Source: Lytechinus pictus (lineage: Eukaryota). Taken from it: DNA of 64,000 bases. Of the stretch, positions 49,501-63,744 are shown piece after piece. The stretch is taken from positions 10,728,001 through 10,792,000 of the forward strand of contig NC_087263.1 of assembly GCF_037042905.1 (NCBI RefSeq), in the 5' to 3' direction. Below the pieces are notes generated by a model that was not told the origin of the DNA, ran no database searches, and saw nothing but the letters and a program-made list of their open reading frames with translations. How positions within the stretch are numbered: the stretch's first letter is position 1; each line of letters begins with the position of its first letter. Position numbers and translations under genes: made by a program.

Positions 49501-50535
49501 TATCATTATTATTATTTTACTTAAAGTATTATTTTTTCTTTTGGGGGCAATCAAAAAAGGGATTTTCCTCTCAAGGACACCCCACCCGCCCCCCAAAAAA
49601 TAGCAAAGGGGGAATAAAGGGGGAAAATGATTATCTGAAAAAAGAACCTATTTTCCTGTCGAGCACATAAAGGGATTTCCCTGTCTAAACAAATCTGACT
49701 AGCCAACCCAATCTTCACACTGAAAAGTTGACCTAATTTGCACATTCCCCGAAAACAGAGGATCGGCAATGTCATTTGTGCTAGGCAATCTCCAATGTAA
49801 TAACTTACAAATTGTTGAAAGGGGAGGGCGTATGGTCCCTATGGATCTCCGTCCCACTCCCCTCCTTAGCTCCACCCATAGCTTCTTTTAATACAGTTTG
49901 AACAATATATTATCCTGTATTCTGTCCATTTAACATTTTTGATGCCACATCTTACCCAATTTGTTATCTAACATGACGGAAATAATACACTTTATCTAAA
50001 ACATGATTTAAAGTTTTAGCCAGCAAGCAAATGTTATCACAATATGATGGTATCAAGAGTTCTTGAAATCCTGAATTTGCATTTTCTAACAGCACGAATG
50101 AAATTCCTTACATAAAAATGACTTTCCGGTAAGTTATCTAGGATTACATTGATTAATATCTAGGAATAGATAATTGGTATCAGGAAATACAATTATATGT
50201 TAAAATGGCCGCGTAATATATTCGTTGGCGTAGGCCTATACTGGCTTAATGGCCAATTCAATATCCCTTGAAATTGATGCCGATTTCCATGATATAGATC
50301 CATCTAATTGCTAGCCTGGACATAAGCAAAGAACCCCGGATAACGTTCATAAAATGGACATGTCTTGACATTGAAAGTAATATGTCCCATATCCTGAATT
50401 CCCTGTCCACGTGCTCTTAGAGGTATATTTACTTCAATGCTAAATCGCCAAGCCCACCCATTGGGTGTTACCTAAACTGTTCGTAAGGTTACGAGCGATG
50501 GTTCGAACGACTGGTGATCCCTTCGGAACTAAATC

Positions 50536-50701
50536 GGGTGACACGACATTTGCTCCTGCGACAATTGCTCCGGGCTTATTTTCGTCAAATATATGGGGTT
50601 AGGGGCGAAATAGGGTATAGGTTTAGGGTAGGATATAATGTTAAACCCAAGGTTAGAATTTAGAGCGGAGCATTTGTCGCCGGAGCAACTGTCATGGAAC
50701 C
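50536..50701. mobile_element. MITE with a GGTTAG-like centre, apparently nested in another MITE (~50461-50815)
   Basis: GACATTTGCTCCTGCGACAATTGCTCC / GGAGCATTTGTCGCCGGAGCAACTGTC inverted arms. Confidence 0.65.
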
Positions 50702-51941
50702 AAAATCCACACCATTTGAAATATGTTTTTTTTTTTTTTTTAATCTCAAGAAAGGATCAACCGTCGTTCGTAAAGTCACTGGTAGCTTATGAACAGCTCC
50801 ATGAAACACCCACCCGAACCATCATCATCTTTCTCAACATATTACTTACCCCTCCTTCAACCCTCTCGTCTCATGTCCCATCGTTGACTTTCGTTTCCCC
50901 CCAGACCGTCCGCCCAGCATCCGGTTCTTGGCCTGACTCATCCCAACTTAAACTCTCAAGTCAGTCTATTTGACGTTGATAAAGTATGCACGCACATCCT
51001 TAACTGTAGTTTTCAGATTAACATATTTTTTTCTGCTTGTTTATAAATAAATTGCACTATTTTCCTTGTTCTTGGTCTATTTATGGCACAATTCTGTGTG
51101 TCTTAATTTTGAACCAATTTTGAATTTATTTCCACTTTGATATAGGACAAACGCAATTTCAATGGATGCAACATGCATTTCATTGGTCTATACTTTTGCG
51201 TTAAGTAGTATCTCATAATCATGCTAACGTGGGAATCAGAATATTTTTTTTCACCATTCAAACGCATTTTCAATTTATATCTAGAATGTCTTGTCCTTTT
51301 CAGCAAGGTTTAATGAGGGTTAATTGTTTTTTTTTGGTATTAACAAATGGATGATACTCGAAAGACACAAGCGCCTGTGCCAACTTGAAAAAAAAAAACT
51401 TCTTTGGGTACGCGGCCTACTATTTTGTCTTTGAGATTTGCAAAAAACAGCAGTTTTTAATTTGGTCGCATAATCAATTTAAGGGATTAGGGGATGATGT
51501 TTTGCCAAGATCCTAATCTTCATTCGGCAACATCCCCTTTTCACTCTATAATGAAAATAACAAATCAACCAATAACTTGAGGCTGCCTGGGTGCTATTGC
51601 CTAAATCGCTTTCCTGGCTTGTCAGCTAATGTACAGTTGCTACAAGTAAACGTACTTTTTTTTTCAAAATGATATTGGTTATCATGTTTCATAATTGGAA
51701 ATGTAATATACGAGTGAATGCAGTGATGAATATGCAAACTTTCCTCTGGCTGTACGTACAAGTCAGACTTCTAAATGTGTCATAACCTCCGTGTATGTTA
51801 CTCCATTGATGAAGGGTGTAAACAGGTTCAATCGAACCCTTTGCCCCAATCATTGCAAATAGTAGTCATTCCTTGCCCCATTTCACACAGGATTGAAAGG
51901 GTGAATGGGGGTAAGCAAGGATGCAAGTTGCCTCCTTCACC

Positions 51942-51972
<31 letters not shown>

Positions 51973-52064
51973 CCTTACGCACTCACTCAGATATATGATT
52001 TTCACATGCAGAATCTCTCTATGCATGGTGGATGACGAAGGTACATGTAAGTGGTGCATGTAGA

Positions 52065-52481
52065 GGTTTATTTTCATTTGGTTCACTGTCAATTCGTCCA
52101 ATTGCCAACTCGTCTACTATCATTATGTCTACCATCAGTTCGTCCAATATCCACATGGTCTAATTGCCATTTCATCCACTCACCATTTCGTCTAATCACC
52201 AGTATTTCCAATAGCCAATTAGTCCATTTGGTCTAATTAGACTCAGTGTTAATTGGCCAAAATGAATGAACATGAAACGAATATTAGACCAACTGGTTAT
52301 GAGACGAAATGGTCAGATTCATAGACGAACTGGTGATTAGACGAAGTGATGATTGACCAAATGGTTATTGGATCAAATGGTTGTTAGATGAAATATTGAT
52401 GGACGGAGTGGCATTAGACTAAATGAAGGTAGACCATGTGGTGAGTGGACGAGTTGGCAGTGGACGAACTGGCAATTTACC
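52065..52481. mobile_element. Foldback MITE built from short TCGTCT/CA motifs
   Basis: The left half has repeated TTCGTCCA/TCGTCTA motifs and the right half their complements (TAGACGAA/TGGACGAG). TGCCAACTCGTC pairs with GACGAGTTGGCA. Confidence 0.7.
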
Positions 52482-55077
52482 CTTATAGATCCTGATTTTC
52501 AGCATTCCGATCCTAATCATCCCATCCCCACTCCGTTAACTTCAATATATTGACGAGTGCTATGCTCTTACTATTGTATCCATTCCTTCTACCCCCCCCC
52601 CCCGCCACCCTAATCTTGCCACTCCCAAACCCACTCTATTGCAAGTCTCTCCATTCTCACAGGGCTATTAAATCCAGCGACCGACACTTAGAAATGGCAT
52701 ATATTGTAAGCGCCTCTGAACCAGGGGCCACACCTCAGGGTTTGAGTGGACGATGATTATAGTTTTTATGGAGTAAAAATAATCAAAAAGGGAAGTAAGA
52801 AAACGAAGAAAAGAAGTAGAGTATAAAATAAAAGGTCAGGTTCGTGTCACTCTTTATTACCCCCTCTTACATTCAACTGAGAGAAAAGTGGGGTCATCTT
52901 CAGGTCCTGAACATCAGATCCTATTATAATATCATGGCGTTGTCGCTGTTCGAAAACTGATTTTCATTTCAACCCTTTTTATAAATCTTGCCTAATATTT
53001 GAACACTATCAATATGTGAACTTGGTTATATAGACCATCGCTTTGTGAGTTAAAAATATGCGGAGGAATGGATGTCTTCTACGACGAACGTCTCTCCTCA
53101 CTTGGACTTAAGAAAGGACTAGCTGTTTTGTAACATTAATCAACAATAATTCAGGCTCTGGCGGGGTTATCGTAAGGCTCAAGATAATTTTAGATGTTGC
53201 TCTTACTCATGATCACGTGACTTTTTAAAGAATGTATTAATGATGTCCGATCACGTGAAGAAGGCGGGTCGCAAACTCGGTCTGTCGTTACTGGGCTTAG
53301 ATAATGTAGCGATAATGTAGCGAATGACGATAACGGTTTAATAAGCTAAAAATGTTAATTTAATCCCATTATCCTACCTCTTTATGTCTGAGTCTTAGGG
53401 AAGAACGTTATCCAAAACGGGCATTTTAAGGGCAGGCAGAATTAGCTTGATACACGGGTCACGTATCCTCCAAAATTTAACATGACAGGGAAGCAGTGGA
53501 ATGGGAGAAATTCTTCTCTTGGTACCATGAACTCCATTTCTTGAGAAGATCTAAGTTTCTGGTCGTGTTTCTGGCTAACATTGATATCGTAACATTTTCT
53601 TTCAAGCTTACGTAGATATGTATGCAAATAAAAACCATCCAAAAGAATAATATCAATGAATATATAATTTTTAAAACACCGCCTAAAGGTACTGATAATA
53701 TCTAAACATTTACGTTACTTTACTCTTTACTTAAAAAAAAATCGCAAAGACTCTCTCCTGCTCTACTTTATTTCGTTTGCTTGATAAAAATGGGGAACGA
53801 AGAAGGAAGATTATTATAATGTGAATTTGAATTTACAAATGAGTAACAGGCCAAATTGTTTTGAAACTAAAAATGCTACCGGCTGTCTTAGAACAAAGGA
53901 TTATTTGTATTAATTAAATACCGAGAGCTTAAAAAAAACAATGAGCAATCAAGGTTTGAGGGTCGGGGAAAGCTTAAGGTGTGCACACTGTGTAACTTCG
54001 GTGAAACGTCCACGTAGCTCCCAAAAAATGGTCTGAAAGAAACTGTTGTATCTTGTCTTTTATTCAACTTTAAACTTCAAATTTTGAAGGTGTAAAGATG
54101 ATAAAATAACCTTTAAGCCAACCTTTCTTTAAACAACTTTTGTAAACCAAATTATGGCCTACTATTTTGGCTATTGCAGAGACCATTTCCTGGCGACCTA
54201 CTGTGGGTTTTGGTTTGGCTGGTCGCAGCTACAGAATCTTTCTGTAAATTGTTATAACATGACATTTTCTGCTATTCAAGAGTATTATCTCTACTGCATT
54301 CCTTTGGCAAGAAGTATTTCCCGGTATGAATGCTTCGTATTTGAACAATTGATTATATCATTATCCCTTAATTATGTTAAATGTCATTACATCTAATTAA
54401 TGAGGTTACACTAATTTCCTTGATTGCGTTTAAACGATATGCATTGCTTTCTCACCACGTAATTGATACACATGTGTCAGACGACGAAAATCTTGATGAA
54501 CCCTTTTTTCACAAATTCTCGCTGGTCATGCCTTTAAGTGGGCCGAACGAGAAGACGCAGTGATTAAGGTCTAATTTAAGGGCAGGCTGCTCAAGCCTAT
54601 TCACCAGAGGGTTGCGAACTTCCTGGGGCTGTGTGCGTCATTGTCAGTTCCAGCGGAATATTGTAGTTCCTCTCCCTTTAAAGAAGGGAGTGAGCGCAAA
54701 CCTGGATTAAGTTCCAATCTGAACTAAGCCAGGAAATAGCTCGACAGACGCACCTAACAAGTGCAAGGAGGCGAGCTCACACCCATACATTTTGCGCGCG
54801 TAAATAAGAGAGATCCCGAACATTAATTCGAGAGCGCAGACGACACCCATCAGCGCACTTCTGTCCAAAGCGGGAAAGTCTCAGATGTTTTGGGAGTGTT
54901 TCGGGGATAGGACACTGTGAGGTTCGGATCGGGTCGTAGTAGGACAACCAGTAGCCAGGATACTGTAGCGGCTCCTGCCCGGCTTTTAATACATTCTATG
55001 TAATAGAAGAGCTAAACTCTTGCAGTAATTTAGGTTTTTATTTTTCAAGACAGACGGAATCAAGCGGAGATTTGAGG

Positions 55078-55178
55078 ATGAAGGTGCTATTGGCGATCCT
55101 TCTAGGCTGGCTAGCAACAGCAACGGCCCTAAGACAGTGTCCGGAGGGATGGACGTACGCTCTCAAGAAATGTTACAA
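55078..55178 (+). CDS. Spicule-matrix-like C-type lectin protein, coding exon 1 (signal peptide plus CTL start); not in the ORF track
   Basis: MKVLLAILLGWLATATALRQCPEGWTYALKKCY(K): hydrophobic signal peptide and the C-P-x-G-W...C-Y long-form CTL start. Donor ACAA|GTGAGT, phase 2. Confidence 0.88.
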
Positions 55179-58100
55179 GTGAGTTAATTCTGAATTTCAC
55201 TTTATAAATACTACTTTCCGTCAGTGATACTGTGTGTACAGGCCTACATCACGATCTTTGATTAAAAAATAAACCCTGCAGCAAGATATTTATATAACAT
55301 TGGTAGCCCTTATCGGTTCCGGTGAATACGCGGGTAGAAAAAAAAAGGAATTGGAATATGATAAGCTTCTCCATTTTCATGGGGTCTTCCATTTCATAGA
55401 AGACCATTCTCTTACCATTATGACCTTAACTCAATAAGTCAAATATTTATGTGACAAAACCATTCACTTTTCTGTAATATAAAGTAAAAATGTATACATG
55501 CGTGATTCTCTCACAAGGTCATTGAAGCTCTAGGGCCTTGCTTCTTGAGAAACGAAGAATTTTGTCACATTTTAGTATCTTCCACTTTTTTTTCCTGATG
55601 TTGGGTAATATGAAATTTTTGCAATCATCGTTGCGAAAATCGGTAAATCAAAACAGCAGTTTCGTCCTGGACTCTGGATGAACGACATAATCATTTGCCA
55701 TTTTCGTCCGATCCGAATCCTCGGACCCTCTGCTGTCCCGGTCCACCAATTTTCGAAAAGCTTCTCTCAAACCATTGTTATTTGACTCGCATTTTTAAAG
55801 GAATTTGTGCGCAGTAGAAAGCGTCTTCGTAGGTATTGCGAAATAGCGCTAATTAATAAGAAATATCTGGTACGCGTTCATCAGACTTGTATTAAAAAAA
55901 AATAAAGAAAATGGTTTCCCTATTCCGAAATGACATACAAACTAGTGAAAACTAAATACGATTAAAAAATGGTAATATTTTACAATTCTTTACAACAGAT
56001 AAAAAAAAGTTCATATTCATCCATCTCATGCATTATAATTGGTGAGGGGAGTGTGCAGGTAATTTCGTCTATGTAGGGGGGGGGGGGGATTGGATCGGCC
56101 CCTTCAGTGTCAGTTGAGTGTCCCATAGCAAATGCTGAAATATGTACCGAGTAGGTCAACCAATGAATTCAGAAAATGTTGGCGAATCAAAGAAACCGTT
56201 TAATTATTTTGTTATGTTAAAAACTATTTTTCAGCATTGGTTCGACATTTTGGATTATGGGTAATAGATGAATAATTCACTTCTAAACATAATTAATATA
56301 CTTTATATGCCATGATATTTTTTTCGAAAGCAGTTATAGCAATGTAACAATAGTCGAGATAACACAAAATACATGCATTCCAAGTTCATTCGGAGCGGTT
56401 TCTTGAATTTTTCCCCGACGGCTGGTTAGTGTGCGAGTGCGGGTGCGCGTTTTTGTGTTGGGTTGGGAGGGGGGGGGGGTGGAGACACTTTCCCATAGGC
56501 TGTCGTACAAAATTCAAATTCCGGGGGGGGGGGCGTGGACGATATCCCACTCGTCCTCCCTCGGTCAGCTGCAATTCCACTGAACAAGAAATGAACGAAT
56601 CATTCAATTTATTCTCCCATTCATTTTATTTACATCTTTTCTTTTTCATTTATCCTTGTATTATTGTTACTTCATTAGAATTTATTGATTTATTCATTAA
56701 TTATGTGAAAAGCAATTAATATTTCATTCGTTTTGTAATAATACTGATTTTATTTTAATTTTACTTAATCACATATTCATTTATATAATTTAGTTCTCTA
56801 TGTTTCTCTTCTCTATATATAAATATAAGTACATACATAACATATATATTTGTCATCTGTAGGTTGTATCTATTTCATACAAAAAGTAAAGTCACATTGA
56901 TAATTTTCATAATACAAAAATTGTTTTGGAGGTGTCGTTAACCCATAAGTGGACAACACGAAACTGCAACCTTTTTCTACAACATCATTACGTAAAAGCA
57001 TTATCCCTATTAACAATATTACTAAATTGTACACTAAAAAAGTACACGAATTTATGATCCAATGCTTTAGTCGAGTCAATAAATTAATGAATAATTATTC
57101 GGTGGATTTCACTGGCATATCAGTGTGATTGATTGATGAGGCCGCCATCAATTTCAAGCTGAACTGCTCACAATGGCCGTCTACGGCGTTCATTAATTAT
57201 CTTTTGTTATATATATATAAAAAAGTAAAGTTTATGCACACATTGTTATTTTGAATTGCATTCCCATTATGATTCAGTATTATCATACATATTTATTGAT
57301 TATTTTGTGTATGGCATATGTAAAAACATTCATATTATATTGTATTATTTGGAACCCAATAGTAAAAACAAAGCAAATAAATAATGCAAGCAATATCAGT
57401 TAGAAATCCAACATGGTTTCACATGTTTAACCATTAAAAAATCAGGTATTAGCCATGATATATTATCAATGGACAAAGAAGCTGCACCACATAATTTCTA
57501 TTATGTTATCATATGAACTCAAGCAGAGCCATCCTCTAAAGCTACCCTCAGAGGAAGTGCAGATATTACCAACGACGAATTCTTAATTTCTCTGTGATTG
57601 ACGAGCGGAAATACCCCTACTGGTTACATCAAAATAAGTCCCCCCTTACAAAGGTGAAAGAGTGTATTAAAATAAGAAGTTGACACCCAGCTCCCTATAT
57701 TCGTAGAAAACCATCTTAAAGACGTTTTCTTTTTTGTGGTAATGCTATCTCGAAAGGAAGTTTGCATAAGCACCGATAGATGCTTAGGTATAAACATTGG
57801 GTTCCATCCTGACTCTTGCTGCTTAATAGATTTTGTTTAATGAAAGATTATCTTTATTTTTCATGTTTTGTGATAGTATTATTTTACATATTTTAAAATA
57901 ACACTTCCACTGAAAATGCAAATTTGCTTAATATCGTGATTTTGTCTCTAAGTCGTGCCATTTTGATAGATCATATCAAACTCGGATATACGTGTTAATG
58001 AATTAGTATTGCAAGTTTTATGAATTCTAAACAAAAAACGGCATTCGGAGAAAGTCGGCTAATGCGTGAATCAACAGGCCATACATACGGCCCAATGACA

Positions 58101-58730
58101 ACATCACGCTTGTTGAGGTCTTTAACAGGTATTTCAGGGTTTTGCATTGACCTCAATATTCCTTGACTAATTTTACCCCTTTTTTGGCCATAAACTCGAA
58201 AACAGGTGACCAAGGTCATCAACGTCACACATCTCCTGTTTCCCCCGTGAAACCGTTTTAGATTGAATCACTTCTGGTCTTCATAAACGTCTAATAAAAA
58301 ACTTGGCAGACACGAGAGAAATCTCAACCTATATTGGTCCGTCTGTGCCGAGAATAAGTATTTACGATGGTTGACAGCGCTTCCTTCGTCTTCCAAATTT
58401 AGAAATTGCTCTGGGATTTGCGGTCAAGTTTGTGATTTTAGCACACTGACCGTATTAAACTGACTCTTCTCCTTTGAATAGGTTTGTCTTGAGTTTCTTT
58501 CCACGTGTGTAGACTGTGTCAAACAATATCAAAATCCCCGTACTATAACTGCATGTTCGGGGCGCATCCAATTGAACTTTTCCTAGGCAAATGCTAGGGA
58601 ACGAATCACAAGCATTCATTGGCCCGTTCCCTGCAATTTCAGACCCCGGGGTATTGATATAAAGGATTTGCTATATTGAGATCAAGATTTCGCTGTATTG
58701 AGAAAATGTGTTCGTTATATGAATGCGATA

Positions 58731-58764
<34 letters not shown>

Positions 58765-59202
58765 GAATTCACAAAGAGAGGAATATAACAAGTGCATTGC
58801 GTCTATCGGTCGTATAATCAAATTTCACTTTGTTGATGGATAACGCATGTACATAGGAAAATACCATAGGGGTATTCAACTGTTCATGAAATAGTTTCAC
58901 TAGACAATCGCTTACTCGCCAGCTATTTTGGTTAGCAGGTTAGTCTAAATTAAAGTTAGGTGAATGATCATCTGTAGATATGAAAACATGTCAATACCTA
59001 GGTAATCCTAACACGCATGTACAATCCAACCCCATTGGCTCACTGCATATCTATACGTTCCCACTATCGTTAGACAACCGATAATCCGATCCCGAATGTT
59101 CAGTTATTTCATCCTGATCTCTGTACGGTCCCTGCAATCATACGGTTTCCTCACGATCTCCGTAAATCCCCTGTATAGTATACTCCTTTTGATCCGTTTA
59201 TG

Positions 59203-59349
59203 CTGCAGTAACATTTCCCTTATGGTGCACGCACGGCGAGTCGAAAACAGTCGTTTTGATCATTCTTAATAAAAACACCTACATGTAGATGAAAAAACAT
59301 GTTAAAACGACTCGCCGTACGGCCACCGTAAGGAAATGTGACCGCGCCA
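59203..59349. mobile_element. MITE in the intron
   Basis: ACATTTCCCTTATGGTG...ACGGCGAGTCG / CGACTCGCCGT...CACCGTAAGGAAATGT inverted arms. Confidence 0.65.
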
Positions 59350-59459
59350 TATATTAACTTCTGCAATTAGTGTCAAATAACATAATTGTTGGTGAAAACT
59401 GCTCATTACATGGTTTCTGCAATCGTACTAATGTGTTCGATTTGTCTTGTTTGTTTCAG

Positions 59460-60615
59460 ATACTTTCCTTTGCCTGAGATAAAAGAAGACGCTATGGTAA
59501 AATGTCAAGAGGCCCCTGGCGTTACAGGAGGAAGACTCCTGGACATTACAGACTATGACACTTTTAGGTTTATAAGGAACATGTACACGCACACATTGCC
59601 TGGCTACCAACCACCAGTTGGGCAACAGCTTGAAGTCATTCCACCGGAGCGTGCTCTTTGGACATCCTTGTATTTCGATTGGAATCAGGAGATATGGAAA
59701 GGAACTAATGCAGCAGAACCATTCGCCAGATTCAACAACTTTAACAGCCAGCCAATAGGGAAACCACCTCCAGAACCTTTGGAGACCCTCTCCTGTACCG
59801 TCTACCCTGCAGTAAATTTTCCCCAGAGTGCAATGCAGCAAGAACTCACGCCACTAGAGCTCCCAAAGCAAGTCATTGAGTTCATGACATTAGCACCCTG
59901 CGAAGAAACACTCTCCTATATCTGCGAAGCTCCAGAGGTTGCACCTGTCGTAGAGCCGACGACCACTGCGGTTCCCGGGACTACTACCCCTGTGCCATGG
60001 GGAACTACTCCAATGCAACCTCAAACACCAGGTTTCCCCAATCGCCCTGGACAACCCGGTAGACCACAGATCCCTGGAAGGCCACAGTTCCCCGGAAGGC
60101 CACAAATCCCCGGAAGACCACAAATCCCAGGAAGACCACAGATTCCAGGTAGACCACAATTCCCTGGTGGAAGTCCCCACCAGCCTCATCTTCCCCATGG
60201 TCCCCACGCTCCACATGGTCCCCATGGACCCCATGGTCCTCATGGCCCACATGAACCTCATGGCCCCCATCAGCCACCACACCAACCCCCTCACCAGCCT
60301 TACCCGGGATTTCCGTCCAGGCCCAACCAACCAGGAAGACCTAACGCTCCAGGATTTCCCAACCGACCCAATCAACCACAATGGCCCAGTCGACCCAATC
60401 AACCACAATGGCCAAGCCGACCCAACCAGCGACCTGGATTCCCTAATTCACCTATTAGGCCCCAATGGCCTAGCCGGCCCAATCAGGGCGGTCCCAACAG
60501 ACCGAACCAACCAGTCAGATATGCAGACAATCCAACCGGAGTCCGACCATATGAATACCGATACAACAACTACGTTTTCTCTAGTAAATTTGGAGGTCTT
60601 GGTATAAGACTTTGA
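59460..60615 (+). CDS. Spicule-matrix-like C-type lectin protein, coding exon 2 (rest of CTL, Thr-rich linker, Pro-rich repeats)
   Basis: TTTCAG|A completes the phase-2 codon in frame. CTL landmarks A..KCQ...GGRLL.I, LWTSL, SC, and [11 protein letters not shown]. Then (GRPQI/FP)n, (PHG)n and (PSRPNQPQW)n. Total 1257 nt (418 aa). Confidence 0.9.
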
Positions 60616-62073
60616 AGCCGCTTGGACAATATGAACAATGTGTACCACTTACCCGACCCTTTGTATATTTGGGCTAACAATTTTCACAAAACTTTGGGTA
60701 ATTTGGACCCGAACATTCGCATTTTTAACTGAAATTTTCACCAAGCTTTGGGTAAACTAGACCCGACCTTTCGGGAATTTAGCGGTCCTTTTCTCGAAAG
60801 GTCGGGTTACGCAATTACCGGACGCGACAACACGCTGTAATGGTCCAAGCCCTTTAGAAACATGTAAATGGTGTGTATTAGATACTGGACATCATAGTCT
60901 CTGCAACTGAAGGAGTAAAACCAGGTTCATGATGAAAACAAATGTATTCTAAAACCTAAAAGAGAATACAACTCGGTATAATGAATAAGAAATACTTATG
61001 AAATTTACTGAAATCCCTTACCCCCGTATACATATTACGATGTTGTGGTGATTGACGATGGTAATCCTAACTAAAACTTCAGTAAATTATTTAAAATAAT
61101 ATAAATGCTGAAAGTACCCCCAAAAGGCAATGCGCACACGAATTTCCACACCTTTTTTCCTTGCGCTGTGCGTGTTGTTTCTTACGCGCTTGTATCTGGC
61201 CCTCAATGTACTGTTATTTGTCTCATGGATTACTTTTACTTTATCCTTAGCGCTAATTAGTCTCCTTTCTGCCACAAAATCCCGGCAGAAGAAGCCTCAA
61301 GCAAGCAAGTAAGTCTGCCACAACGCTGCATTGAGCATAATGTACTTTTTCATGAGGCCTTATGTATAAATAAGGCTAGACGAATTGCTAGACAATGACT
61401 AAATTCTGGGATCCCACCAGAAACCGTTGGTACTTTTTAATTAGTCTTATATCCGTTAAGAATAAAGGAAAATTGTATTCTGCTGATGTATATAACAAAA
61501 TTTTCAACGCTCGATTATTTGTGTTCTTTTCTTGATATTTTAAAGCCATTTGAATAACCATGCAGAATACAGCTGTGCCTTGCAGAGAGATGTATACTTT
61601 TATATTATTTGTTAGAATTGAAAAGAAATATGCAAAAAGTATTTTACTATTTGTCTTTCAAAGTGTTTCGCAGTGCAATTTGTGTTTAATTTCTACGAGT
61701 GATGTAAATATGATTCAAATTTGTAACTGAATGTGTATGTATTCCATGTCAAGCTTTCTATAAGAAACAACCAGATATCTTCGAAATAAAAGTAATGTAC
61801 ATTTAACTGATTTTATTGCGTTCATTTTTTCCCGGAATTTATTTACTGTACTGCAATAATGAAAAGGGGAAATATAAAACATCACCCCTAAATGTTTTTC
61901 ATGATTAATATCATGTTTGAGATTGACATGCACATATACATTATATCTTTTTTTTCAGTTGATCTTTTAGATGTGGCACGAACAAGACTATATGCTAAAA
62001 ACACATTCAATTTTATGGAAAAAAGTATAGGAGAAAAAATAAGAGGAAAGGGAGGAGAAAAGCGCAAGTGAGA

Positions 62074-62108
<35 letters not shown>

Positions 62109-62454
62109 GGGGGGGGTGCAGTAGAAGATTATTATGATTCATGAAAAGACGCGCTACTCACTAATGGGTATTTGCAAAAAACACTGCTCGCAGTTGATGA
62201 TATCAGATAGGAAAAATCACGCACACCTAAGGGGGGAGTACATCCTGACTTCAATTTTATTTTTATAAAAGCATAAAAATAATTACTAACTTATGGGTGG
62301 AAGTTTTTCAAAATCCACCAACGAATAAAGCGAGTAGCTCCTCCGCACGTCACGTAATAGACATTTTAAAAATATCAGAAAGTTGAAAGTAGTTTTAAGA
62401 AAAAATATAGTTTCTAGTCCCCTGTCCAACGTTATTGTCAAGGTGAACTTAATT

Positions 62455-62805
62455 ATAAAAATAATAGTACATTTATATTGCGCTTATTACACTTTGTTTC
62501 GGCGCTTTACATTGCAATTATTATTACCACGGTCATCGGATCCTTGCATGCCAGCACACAATGTGTGTACTTTCTCCACTCCCTGGGTAGCATTCCAACT
62601 AGAATTCAAAGACTCAATTGCTAGGTATACTGCATATAGACTTTCGCATTCTACCGGGTACCCATTTAACAGCTGGGTGGAGAGTGGCAAAGTGTTGATT
62701 GACGCATTGCCGAAGGTCGTTAGGCCGTCATCGCCGCGGTGGGATTCGAATACACGACCCTCTGATTGCAAGGCGCGAGTCAGAACCGCTACACCACGAC
62801 TCCCC
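62455..62805 (-). mobile_element. tRNA-derived SINE, same family as 16358-16717
   Basis: The reverse complement has GTGGTGTAGCGGTTCTGACTCGCGCC, GTATTCGAATCCC and CACTTTGCCACTCTCCACCCAGCTGTTAAATGGGTACCCGGTAG. Confidence 0.88.
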
Positions 62806-62822
62806 CCCCCCCTTTGAACTAC

Positions 62823-63146
62823 ATAGAGAGTTTTCGCATTTACTACGAAGTCGCTCTCTGTGCACGTACAACGCACTAATTTCTTTGAAATTTCAAGTCA
62901 AATCACATTGGAGAGCTGAGAGGCTTTTGTCGATAGTTGGTGGACCGGGACAGCAGCGGAATCTCTTGACTCTGGACAACATATTTGCAATTGTTCGTCC
63001 GGTGCATATCTTCGGATGATCTGCTGTCCCGGTCAACCAACTTTCGATAAAAGCCTCTCAGCTCTCCATCGTGATTTTGATTGCATTTTCAAAAGAATCG
63101 GTGCGTTGTAGAGAGCGGCTCCGTAGTAAATGCGAAAACTCTCTAT
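62823..63146. mobile_element. ~325-bp palindromic MITE (half copy at ~55730-55850)
   Basis: ATAGAGAGTTTTCGCATTTACTACG...GGACCGGGACAGCAG / CTGCTGTCCCGGTC...CGTAGTAAATGCGAAAACTCTCTAT. Arms ~130 bp. Confidence 0.8.
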
Positions 63147-63744
63147 TATAGGCGGAGGTATAATTAACACCGAACACGGATGCAGTGAAGCGTTGGAGAC
63201 GGATGTGGAATGGCTCGCAATCTCTCTCTCTTTATCGACGATCCCTAAAGAAAATTGCACAAATGAGTTTATATTGGCTTCATTGGGACAATACACCAAG
63301 AACAACAGATTCGAAGAAGAAAAAATAACAAAGTCAGATCAGAGGGCATTTGACCGTGTTGAGAGTGACGCTAACTCGGGCACAAAGAAGAGGAAATATA
63401 AGGGGAATTCTGGGAAGAACACGTGTGACACAACGTAAAGTCACCTTCGCACTATTAAATTCGAGCATTTCAACAGTCAAATTACATATTCACATAGTTG
63501 ACCATGGCCGTGAACAAGCTGTGAACAGTCCAACTATCCAGGTGTCCACAGTCCACATAAAATTTATTCACACTGTTGAATTTGAGAATTTTAACAGTGT
63601 GAATAATGTTTCAATGTACTAGTAGTCCGCTGTGTAAGAACGTTGACCACACTGTGTGACACTGTGTTCTATTCAGCAGGCAGATGGAGAAAAAATAGCG
63701 AAATACACTGGATATCTTATACGAAAAAAATTTCACAATATAAA

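Noticed and set aside
59386..59459. ORF-track N-terminus MLVKTAHYM... as the lectin signal peptide
   Set aside because: It is intron sequence with a polypyrimidine tract and TTTCAG acceptor. The exon at 55078-55178 supplies an in-phase signal peptide and CTL start.
59428..60648. Overlapping antisense and alternative-frame ORFs over the lectin exon
   Set aside because: By-products of repetitive Pro/Gly codons. The same applies to the shadow ORFs over the BCL2L13 exons and the RT frames.
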